This document shows positions 45,650 to 52,653 of a DNA stretch of 64,000 bases, piece by piece. Under the pieces are notes generated by a model. That model worked only from the letters and a program-made list of their open reading frames with translations. It made no database searches and was not told the origin of the DNA. A program made the position numbers and the translations under genes. The stretch is from the IMG/VR virus record IMGVR_UViG_3300031418_000001; one strand, written 5' to 3'. Each line of letters starts with the position of its first letter. Position 1 is the first letter of the stretch. The DNA is from a virus. Lineage: Duplodnaviria > Heunggongvirae > Uroviricota > Caudoviricetes.

Positions 45650-45675
45650 TTAAAATATATTGACATAATTAATAC

Positions 45676-45703
45676 AAGGACAGTCCAGTACTGTCCTTTT
45701 TCT
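45676..45703 (+). terminator. rho-independent terminator
   Basis: AAGGACAG-tccagta-CTGTCCTT followed by TTTTC. Confidence 0.6.
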
Positions 45704-45721
45704 ATTCTTGGAATTTAAATA

Positions 45722-45898
45722 ATGACTACTAAATTAAAAACGATTGATGAATTTACTAAAGAAGAATTATTTAAATTCTATGAAGAAATTCGTTCACGAG
45801 AAACCTATAATTCAGATGGTTATACCTATGTAACACCTAACGAAAGTTTACTTGATGATATTGAATATATGGTCAAAGAAATGGAGTCCAGAAAATGA
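45722..45898 (+). CDS. hypothetical small protein (58 aa, not in ORF track)
   Basis: ATG 45722; the 91-aa minus-strand ORF over this region is less likely given + strand polarity. Confidence 0.25.
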   Translation: MTTKLKTIDEFTKEELFKFYEEIRSRETYNSDGYTYVTPNESLLDDIEYMVKEMESRK

Positions 45899-46043
45899 TT
45901 ACAGTACTTGAAGAAGATTGGGGAGTAAGTGAGCAAGGTACAGGTGAATATGTATTTCCTGAAAGTACTAAAGAAGAATCATGGTATGATAAATTGAAAG
46001 AATTTATTGGACGAATCCTTTTTGGAAAAAGAGAGACAAAATG
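45894..46043 (+). CDS. hypothetical small protein (49 aa, not in ORF track)
   Basis: ATGA overlaps on both sides (45894 and 46041). Confidence 0.25.
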
Positions 46044-47162
46044 AAAAAGTACATTGTTGGTGGTTTTTGTCGAGATAAATTGTTGGGTCTGCAACCGAAA
46101 GACCGTGACTTTGTTATTGTTGGTGCGAATGAGTGGGATATTAAGCAACTTATTCTACAAGGCTATGAGCAAGTAGGAGCCGATTTCCCCGTGTTTATCT
46201 CACCACAAGGGGAAGAGTATGCCTTGGCCCGTATCGAGCGTAAAACAGGCGTAGGATACGATGGTTTTGATGTACAAACTAAGAACGTAACCTTAGAACA
46301 AGATTTGTCCAGACGTGATCTAACTATTAATGCAATCGCATATGATCAAGTCAAACGTACTTATATCGACCCTTATAATGGTCAAGCGGATTTGAATAAT
46401 AAAGTACTACGTCATGTTTCTGATGCTTTTAAAGAAGATCCGCTACGTGTACTTCGTTTAGCAAGATTCGCAGCAAGATACTCAGAATTTAAAGTACATC
46501 CTGATACAGACAAAATGGTGCGTGAAATGGTTTCTAATGGTGAAATTAATCATCTTACAAAAGAACGTGTTTATGTTGAGTTTGAAAAAGCATGTACTGA
46601 AGATACTCCAAGTATTTTCTTTAAGTACTTAAATGATATTCAGGCACTAAAAGTACTTCTGCCTGAGTTTAAATGCACTCAAGTAAATCAGAAACGAATT
46701 GATGCTATTGCCAAAAATGCAACTTCTGCATATGTTCAAGATTTTATTTGGGCTATTCTTCTTGAAAAGAAAGAACTTAGTAAAGTTAAAGGTGGAGTTC
46801 TTGATAAGATCAAGGCTCCGGTACATTTAATTAAGTTTGCGACATTAGTACAGAAACATTCAGAAACCTTCCTTAAGTTTCGTAAATTAAAACCTGAAGA
46901 AATGGTTTCTTTGTTTGATGCTATTAATGTTAAAAATTTAGGCGGGGAAGAGTTCTTATATAAATTCTGTGAGTACTTTATTATTAATAAAGAACTTGAT
47001 ACAGAACATGAAGAACTAATTATGAAAGTTTATGATACTTATATTGATACTGATCTATCTTCGATTGAAGAAAAACAAAAATCGGGAGAAATGAGTGGTA
47101 TTGAAGTACGTGATGCTGTTCATAATGCCCGTGTGGTTAATGTATCAAAGATGTTTATTTAA
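46041..47162 (+). CDS. cca: tRNA nucleotidyltransferase (CCA-adding enzyme, class II head domain)
   Basis: IVGGFCRDKLLG ... DRDFVIVG (GGxVRD/DxD NTase motif), RRDLTINAIA, DPLRVLRLARFAARY match class II CCA enzymes; 373 aa, no HD domain. Confidence 0.85.
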   Translation: MKKYIVGGFCRDKLLGLQPKDRDFVIVGANEWDIKQLILQGYEQVGADFPVFISPQGEEYALARIERKTGVGYDGFDVQTKNVTLEQDLSRRDLTINAIAYDQVKRTYIDPYNGQADLNNKVLRHVSDAFKEDPLRVLRLARFAARYSEFKVHPDTDKMVREMVSNGEINHLTKERVYVEFEKACTEDTPSIFFKYLNDIQALKVLLPEFKCTQVNQKRIDAIAKNATSAYVQDFIWAILLEKKELSKVKGGVLDKIKAPVHLIKFATLVQKHSETFLKFRKLKPEEMVSLFDAINVKNLGGEEFLYKFCEYFIINKELDTEHEELIMKVYDTYIDTDLSSIEEKQKSGEMSGIEVRDAVHNARVVNVSKMFI

Positions 47163-47192
47163 TTTAGGCTGAATATAATAACAATATTTTTG

Positions 47193-47221
47193 TGAAATAC
47201 ATTTTTACAATGTGCTATACT
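47193..47221 (+). promoter_or_regulatory. early-type promoter copy 3: TGAAAT-N17-TATACT
   Basis: TGAAAT 47193-98, TATACT 47216-21 with TGc extended -10 and ATAAG downstream. Confidence 0.55.
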
Positions 47222-47253
47222 ATAAGTATCTGACAAATCTATGGAATTGTATC

Positions 47254-47688
47254 ATGCGTTATTCATGCGGGATTATATTTTATAAAGACGGTCAGATACT
47301 TGTAGGTCACGCAACAGGGCAACATCATTGGGATATACCTAAAGGAAAAACTGAAAATACCGAAACTTTTGCACAGGCGGCAGTACGTGAATGTGATGAA
47401 GAAATTGGATTTAAAGTCTCCGAGGATAATTTATTATTGTTAGGTGAGGTTTCTTATCGTAAAGGAAAAAGATTAGTTCTGTTCTTTTATCTTTCAAGAG
47501 AAGTTCCCGATATAGATGACTGTATATGTAAAAGCACATACGTAAACAAATATGGTCAGGAAAAGCCTGAATTCGATGACTTCAAATACATTCCAGTAAC
47601 TGAATGTACTAAGTACTTAACTGTACGAATGTGTAAAAGTATCTGTGCCGCAGTAGAATTATATAAAGAAAGGAATCAAAAAGAATGA
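47254..47688 (+). CDS. Nudix hydrolase
   Basis: GKTENTETFAQAAVRECDEEIGF = Nudix box Gx5Ex7REUxEExGU; ATG 47254. Confidence 0.75.
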   Translation: MRYSCGIIFYKDGQILVGHATGQHHWDIPKGKTENTETFAQAAVRECDEEIGFKVSEDNLLLLGEVSYRKGKRLVLFFYLSREVPDIDDCICKSTYVNKYGQEKPEFDDFKYIPVTECTKYLTVRMCKSICAAVELYKERNQKE

Positions 47689-47924
47689 AAGTAAAAATTT
47701 ATGGTCGTACTCAAGGATGTAAATTCTGTGATCAAGCTAAAGCAATTTGCGAAGCTAATAATTTTGATATGGAATTTATTGATATTGAGAAAGAAGGTTT
47801 AACTGGCGAAGCACTGAATGAAATTTGTGGTGAACCAGTTCGTACTGTTCCTCAGATTTTCGTTGATGATGTGTTTATTCCTGGCGGGGCAACTGGTTTC
47901 GTTAAGTTCCTGAAAGGTGAATAA
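47685..47924 (+). CDS. nrdC: glutaredoxin/thioredoxin-like (T4 NrdC-like)
   Basis: KIYGRTQGCKFCDQAK (CxxC) ... TVPQIFVDDVFIPGG resembles T4 NrdC (YGYDSNIHKCVYCDNAK ... MPQVF..DGSHIGG). Confidence 0.6.
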   Translation: MKVKIYGRTQGCKFCDQAKAICEANNFDMEFIDIEKEGLTGEALNEICGEPVRTVPQIFVDDVFIPGGATGFVKFLKGE

Positions 47925-48360
47925 TATGTTATTCCAAGAAATTAAAAAAGACAGAATGAAACATCTTGGTAAAGACAGTGTTGCATTTGGTATTCTTGGT
48001 CTTGTTATCTCAGAGATTCAGCGTACAACACTAAGTGAAGATGTTCCAGATGATAAAGTTGTAAAGGTAATTAAAAAGCTAATTGAAGGTATTGATGATT
48101 CTCTTGCTAAAGCGAAACAGCATGGTGCAGATGAATCTAAAGTACTGACATTACAAAAAGAACATTCTGTACTGACCTCTTATCTTCAAGAAGAACCAGA
48201 GCAACTTACAGAACAGGAACTAACAACTATTTTAACTACTGTGCTTGAAGAACATCCTGAATGGAAAACTAATTTAGGTGGTGTATTTGGTTTCATGAAA
48301 GCTAATTATGCTAACCGTTATGATGGTGCACTGGTTAAACAAATACTGGCTAAACTATGA
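47917..48360 (+). CDS. GatB/YqeY-domain protein
   Basis: overall pattern (EIKKDRMKHLGKD ... SEIQR ... KLIEGIDDS ... SYLQEEPEQLTEQELTTILTTVLEE ... GGVFGFMKANYANRYDGALVKQILAKL) matches the YqeY family (...yLP.qLseeEl...v..ai ... mG.vMg ... g.aDg..v..iv...L). Confidence 0.6.
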   Translation: MNNMLFQEIKKDRMKHLGKDSVAFGILGLVISEIQRTTLSEDVPDDKVVKVIKKLIEGIDDSLAKAKQHGADESKVLTLQKEHSVLTSYLQEEPEQLTEQELTTILTTVLEEHPEWKTNLGGVFGFMKANYANRYDGALVKQILAKL

Positions 48361-48704
48361 TTAGAACTGAACTTGATGATGATATTAATCCGTACTTAAC
48401 GGATGATGATACACATTACAAATTGCATAATTCACATTATGTACTTGGTCAAAATGATTATCGTGATATTCAAAAACGTGCGAAAGAACGCCGAGAAAAT
48501 CTCAAAAAAATGATCGAGGAATTAGGTGTACAGGATATGGTCAAATTACATGATCGTAATAAATCTGTAGCTGAAATGGAATTAAAGGTATATTACCTTG
48601 AGCATAAAAATGTCATTGATAAAGCATTTAAAGATGCATTATCTGTGTGTGAGATTGACGATATTATCAAGTATCTGGACGAATATTTAAATTCAAAATC
48701 CTAA
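48357..48704 (+). CDS. hypothetical protein
   Basis: 115-aa ORF. Confidence 0.3.
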   Translation: MIRTELDDDINPYLTDDDTHYKLHNSHYVLGQNDYRDIQKRAKERRENLKKMIEELGVQDMVKLHDRNKSVAEMELKVYYLEHKNVIDKAFKDALSVCEIDDIIKYLDEYLNSKS

Positions 48705-48780
48705 ATAATTATGAGGCACTAAAGTACTTTTCTGTACTTAAGTGCTTCATTCTTATAATTTTATTTTAGGAGAATTTATT

Positions 48781-49032
48781 ATGCTTAGTTTACGTGAAAA
48801 ATTAGCTCAAGGTATTATCGAAACCGTTGTTTCCACTGCAAATATTCCATCTAAATTTAAATCTTTAGGTAAAATCACAGAAGATGGTTATTGTGATTAT
48901 GATGTACCTGAACTTGATAAAAGTTATATGGAAAAAGATAATACACGTGCATTGAGGATAGAAAGCAGTACACGTGCTCGTAAGCATAGAAAAGAAGTAA
49001 GAAAATATCGTAACAGTATTTCTGGACATTAA
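48781..49032 (+). CDS. hypothetical protein
   Basis: ATG 48781 after TAGGAGAATTTATT RBS. Confidence 0.35.
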   Translation: MLSLREKLAQGIIETVVSTANIPSKFKSLGKITEDGYCDYDVPELDKSYMEKDNTRALRIESSTRARKHRKEVRKYRNSISGH

Positions 49033-49040
49033 TTAATATA

Positions 49041-49069
49041 AAAGGACTCTTTTTGAGTCCTTTTGTTTT
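49041..49069 (+). terminator. rho-independent terminator (AAGGACTC/GAGTCCTT stem, duplicate of 28858)
   Basis: AAAGGACTC-ttttt-GAGTCCTTT followed by TGTTTT. Confidence 0.6.
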
Positions 49070-49268
49070 AGGAGTATACAATATGTTATTACCGTGGATT
49101 GTGTGTGGTTTAATTATATTTGCAAGTACTTTGGTATTCCTGAAAAAGAAAACAGGCGGTGAAATTGCATTCAATAACGAACTATTATTGTCTATGATCG
49201 TATTTGCAATTATGGGGCCAACTGCAATTTTCATGGGGAGCATAGTAATTAATGATTTTCGTAATTAA
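49053..49268 (+). CDS. hypothetical small membrane protein
   Basis: 71 aa, two hydrophobic helices; overlaps the terminator, so uncertain. Confidence 0.25.
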   Translation: MSPFVLGVYNMLLPWIVCGLIIFASTLVFLKKKTGGEIAFNNELLLSMIVFAIMGPTAIFMGSIVINDFRN

Positions 49269-49728
49269 AGGGAACTTGTTTAATGAAGTTCCGGTATCAG
49301 GTTCAGTTGAACCAATTATAATTGCACACGGCTGTAATGCACAAGGTAAGATGCGTTCTGGTTTTGCTAAAGTAGTACGGGACTTAAATGAAGGCGTATT
49401 CAATGCATATATCCAATCAGGTCATCAGTTAGGTTCAGTATCGTACTTTGAACTATATCCAAATGTATTCGTAGCAAACTGTGTAACTCAGGAATTTTAT
49501 GGGTATGATGGTATAAAATATACTTCATATGATGCAGTAGATTCTTGTTTCAAAAAACTAAATGACTTCATAAAAGAACTTCTTCCTATCACTGGAGCAA
49601 AACGTGCTCAACTAATGTTCCCTAAAATCGGGGCAGTATTAGGTGGTGGTAATTTAGAAGTAATTAATAAGATTATTGATGTAAATGTTCAAGATGAACT
49701 TGCATCTAAAGTACAATTCGTAATTTAA
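49252..49728 (+). CDS. macro domain protein, TARG1/OARD1-like
   Basis: VIKGNLFNEV ... EPIIIAHGCNAQGKMRSGFAKVV parallels TARG1 ([31 protein letters not shown]); 158 aa. Confidence 0.55.
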   Translation: MIFVIKGNLFNEVPVSGSVEPIIIAHGCNAQGKMRSGFAKVVRDLNEGVFNAYIQSGHQLGSVSYFELYPNVFVANCVTQEFYGYDGIKYTSYDAVDSCFKKLNDFIKELLPITGAKRAQLMFPKIGAVLGGGNLEVINKIIDVNVQDELASKVQFVI

Positions 49729-49737
49729 GGAATAAAA

Positions 49738-50040
49738 ATGTCTCAAGCTAAAATTTTCGTAGTAAATGGTGTTGGCCCTGTAATTGTTACTGTAATTACC
49801 GAGCAATCAGATCGTTTTATTTGTACTAATCCAGTACAACTACAACCAGTAAATGATAAAGAAATGTCATTCTCTCCATTACTTGACTTCATGGTTGCTG
49901 ATGATGAACCTCATGAATTCTATAAATCATGTGTTTCTGTTGTTGTAAATCCGAACGAAGGTCTTGCTAAAGCATATATCCAGGCAACCAATCCTAATGC
50001 GATCATTGCACCACCAGAAAAGAAAATTCTGTTGCCTTAA
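49738..50040 (+). CDS. hypothetical protein
   Basis: 100 aa after AAGGAATAAAA RBS. Confidence 0.35.
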   Translation: MSQAKIFVVNGVGPVIVTVITEQSDRFICTNPVQLQPVNDKEMSFSPLLDFMVADDEPHEFYKSCVSVVVNPNEGLAKAYIQATNPNAIIAPPEKKILLP

Positions 50041-50073
50041 TCCAGAATATGGAGTAATATACACTTGAAGAGA

Positions 50074-50349
50074 ATGCGTTATTATCCAACGGTTGAACAA
50101 GCAAGAACTGTCGTTGAAGAAAACATTTTAGTCAATTTCCAACGGGATACATTATATGATATTCCGTTTGTTTATCCTTGTGATAAAACATCACATTTCG
50201 AATTAGAAATGATGAATATTTTAGTACTACAAGATTCAAGTTCATATTCAGGACTTACTGAAATTATTTCTGAATGGCACGATAAAGGTGCAATGAACCA
50301 ATTCAAAGAATTCTTTAAACAACATAAAGGTAGAACTTTCGATGAGTAA
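50074..50349 (+). CDS. hypothetical protein
   Basis: ATG 50074 (track TTG 50065). Confidence 0.3.
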   Translation: MRYYPTVEQARTVVEENILVNFQRDTLYDIPFVYPCDKTSHFELEMMNILVLQDSSSYSGLTEIISEWHDKGAMNQFKEFFKQHKGRTFDE

Positions 50350-50743
50350 AAAACAACTTCCAGATGAAGTAATGCAGGTAGTTATTGTACGTAAAGATTC
50401 TGAAATGAGTCATGCTGCATTAGCACTCCATATTTCTCGTGCAAGTATTGAACTTCGTGATAAATTCGATCCAAATCATCCTGAATATGTGGGACGATAT
50501 GAAGAAGATTACTTTAAAGCGGTCATGAAGAAGTGGTATGAAACCGGACGTGATCAAGAGTACTATGAAGTTGATGACTTTATTGATCTACGCGAAATTG
50601 CATTCCAGTGTGGTATGCAAGCAGTACCATCAAGTTTCTTGGATCGTGAAAACGAAGAAAGTGCTCATTGTCTGATTCTCGGCCCGTTCGATAAGTACGA
50701 GTTGGAAGAACTTACTCAGTACGCTAAATACATCCGAGTGTAA
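50342..50743 (+). CDS. peptidyl-tRNA hydrolase, PTH2 family-like
   Basis: QVVIVRKDSEMSHAALALHISRAS resembles PTH2 core ([24 protein letters not shown]) and the C-terminal CLILGPF...ELTQYAKYI resembles TVLGIGPGP...VTGHLKLY; 133 aa. Confidence 0.45.
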   Translation: MSKKQLPDEVMQVVIVRKDSEMSHAALALHISRASIELRDKFDPNHPEYVGRYEEDYFKAVMKKWYETGRDQEYYEVDDFIDLREIAFQCGMQAVPSSFLDRENEESAHCLILGPFDKYELEELTQYAKYIRV

Positions 50744-50748
50744 TATAG

Positions 50749-50792
50749 AATCCTCTAAATATGTTATATAAACTGTTTAGAGGATTTTTTTT
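50749..50792 (+). promoter_or_regulatory. long hairpin plus T-run that sequesters the RBS of the downstream gene
   Basis: AATCCTCTAAA-(16-nt loop tatgttatataaactg)-TTTAGAGGATT followed by TTTTTTTT then ATG 50793; the only RBS-like element (AGAGGA) is the 3' stem arm. Confidence 0.45.
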
Positions 50793-51572
50793 ATGTATAA
50801 TTCAAATGTACCACAAAATACTAATAATGAGTGGAGAGAGGAAATGAAAGGTACTCTCCAGACGTTATTATCTGGTGATACTATTGAAGTTGAAATTACA
50901 GATAACCAATATGAACAAGCTATCACCAATGCCGTTATAAACTATCGTGCGTGGAGTTCGAATTCAAAAGAAGAAGCATTTCTTCATATGAAGATGTATG
51001 AAAGTGAATCTGTATATACCCTTCCAAAAGAAGTTTCAAACGTTCATCGTATCTACCGCAGAGGTAATGGAGTAGTTTCTGGTTCAGGATCTACCGTTGA
51101 CCCCTTCAGCTTAGCTTATAGTAATACCTATCTTTTAAGTGCAGTACGTGGAAGTACAGGCGGCGGTCTTTTAACTTATGATTTGTATCATCAGTTTGAC
51201 GAAACCGTTGGCAGAATGTTCGGACGTGAAATCATTTTCAACTTCAACCCTGTAACCAAAAAACTTACTTTACATCGTGATATTCGTGGTGAAGAAGAAG
51301 TACTAATACATTGCTATCAGAATAAACCTGAAGGGTTACTTTTCATGGATGAACAAATCTATCCGTGGCTTCGTGATTGGGCTTTATCAGAATGTATGTT
51401 AATGCTTGGAAGAACTCGTGGTAAGTTTGGTTCAATTGCTGGCCCACAAGGTTCGTTTGCATTGGATGGTGAATCTTATAAACAAGAAGCACGTGAAATG
51501 CAGGAACGTTTAAAAGAAGAACTAAAACGTTTCAGGGATGGTGGTACACCATATGGATTTATTATAGGTTAA
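50793..51572 (+). CDS. virion structural protein (possible neck/tail-completion protein)
   Basis: 259 aa, first gene of the structural block; no specific motif; assignment by context only. Confidence 0.25.
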   Translation: MYNSNVPQNTNNEWREEMKGTLQTLLSGDTIEVEITDNQYEQAITNAVINYRAWSSNSKEEAFLHMKMYESESVYTLPKEVSNVHRIYRRGNGVVSGSGSTVDPFSLAYSNTYLLSAVRGSTGGGLLTYDLYHQFDETVGRMFGREIIFNFNPVTKKLTLHRDIRGEEEVLIHCYQNKPEGLLFMDEQIYPWLRDWALSECMLMLGRTRGKFGSIAGPQGSFALDGESYKQEAREMQERLKEELKRFRDGGTPYGFIIG

Positions 51573-51574
51573 AT

Positions 51575-51582
51575 TATAAATA
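51575..51582 (+). promoter_or_regulatory. T4-late-type promoter box TATAAATA
   Basis: exact TATAAATA 31 nt upstream of ATG 51613. Confidence 0.4.
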
Positions 51583-51612
51583 CTTTTAACTAACAAAGTT
51601 AAAGGTGTTTAT

Positions 51613-51858
51613 ATGAAAGAATATATACGATATAAAGCATACCTTGGTTTTGATGAACTTAGTGACTCTGATGAATTATTAAATTCAATGTCTATGTTAA
51701 TAGACTCAGTTGAATATGATACAATAGAAAGTACTTTCGACATTATTACTGAATATAGGAATAGGACTCCATTTTTTTATGCAGAGGTCTATATACCTAA
51801 GTGGTCTGAAAGTTTGTTGTTTATTAAATTCCCTGAATATAATTGGGAAGTTTGTTAA
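51613..51858 (+). CDS. hypothetical protein
   Basis: 81-aa ORF behind a late-type promoter. Confidence 0.35.
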   Translation: MKEYIRYKAYLGFDELSDSDELLNSMSMLIDSVEYDTIESTFDIITEYRNRTPFFYAEVYIPKWSESLLFIKFPEYNWEVC

Positions 51859-51864
51859 ATCTTA

Positions 51865-51896
51865 GGAAGTACTTAATTGTACTTCCTATTTTTATA
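51865..51896 (+). terminator. rho-independent terminator (AAGTAC/GTACTT stem)
   Basis: AGGAAGTAC-ttaatt-GTACTTCCT followed by ATTTTTAT. Confidence 0.55.
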
Positions 51897-51908
51897 TGGA
51901 GATTTTTC

Positions 51909-52565
51909 ATGGAAAGAAAAATTGTTGCTATTAATGGAACTATTGGTTCAGGTAAAGATACCTTTTCTAAAATGTTTATAGAGAATGGTTATCATCGTGT
52001 TTCTTTTGCAGAATCCCTCAAAGATGCAGTAAGTGCGATATTTGGTTGGGATCGTGAAATGTTGGAAGGTAATACAGAAGAATCAAGAAAAATTCGTGAA
52101 ACGGTTGATGAGTACTGGTCATCTGTACTTGGTAGAGAAGTTACTCCACGATGGATTCTTCAGAATTTCGGTACTGATGTATTACGTAAACATTTTCATG
52201 ATAATATTTGGGTATTCAGTTTGCAGAAACGTATTATGAATACTAACAGCGATAAGATCATTATTACTGATTGTCGTTTTCCCAATGAGCTTGAAATGAT
52301 ACGCTCTAATAATGGGATTGTTATTGAAATACAACGTATTGTACCTTACTGGTATGATTTTTGTGTAGGTTATAATAAAGAATTACAGGAACAGCTTAAA
52401 GCTAATCCTAATTATCAAGTACAACAATCTCCTTCTGATCTCTTTGGTATTCATTCATCTGAATATGCGTGGATAGGTTTGAACAATCCTGACTACGTAA
52501 TACAGAATGATGGTACAAAAGACGACCTTGAACGAAAGGCATTAGCTATTATTGCTAAACTTTAG
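51909..52565 (+). CDS. deoxynucleoside monophosphate kinase (T4 gp1-like)
   Basis: KIVAINGTIGSGKDTFSK ... SLKDAVSAIFGWD ... ILQNFGTDVLR ... IIITDCRFPNELEM aligns with T4 gp1 (LIFLSGVKRSGKDTTAD ... PIKDALAYAWG ... LMQALGTDLIV ... YYIVPDTRQDHEMD); ATG 51909. Confidence 0.8.
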   Translation: MERKIVAINGTIGSGKDTFSKMFIENGYHRVSFAESLKDAVSAIFGWDREMLEGNTEESRKIRETVDEYWSSVLGREVTPRWILQNFGTDVLRKHFHDNIWVFSLQKRIMNTNSDKIIITDCRFPNELEMIRSNNGIVIEIQRIVPYWYDFCVGYNKELQEQLKANPNYQVQQSPSDLFGIHSSEYAWIGLNNPDYVIQNDGTKDDLERKALAIIAKL

Positions 52566-52594
52566 TCGTTTTCCATACGAACCTTTAATCCTCC

Positions 52595-52602
52595 AATAAA
52601 TA
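52595..52602 (+). promoter_or_regulatory. putative late promoter variant AATAAATA upstream of sheath gene
   Basis: AATAAATAAG; same 10-mer before the tube gene at 55349. Confidence 0.35.
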
Positions 52603-52653
52603 AGATTATACGAATATTCGATATACTTTTAACCCAAAATTTTGGAGGATTAA

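Noticed and set aside
50761-50776. Loop sequence TATGTTATATAAACTG as a bona fide late promoter
   Set aside because: Only a loose match to (T/A)ATAAATA (TATATAAA). Retained only as a speculative element of the RBS-sequestering hairpin finding.
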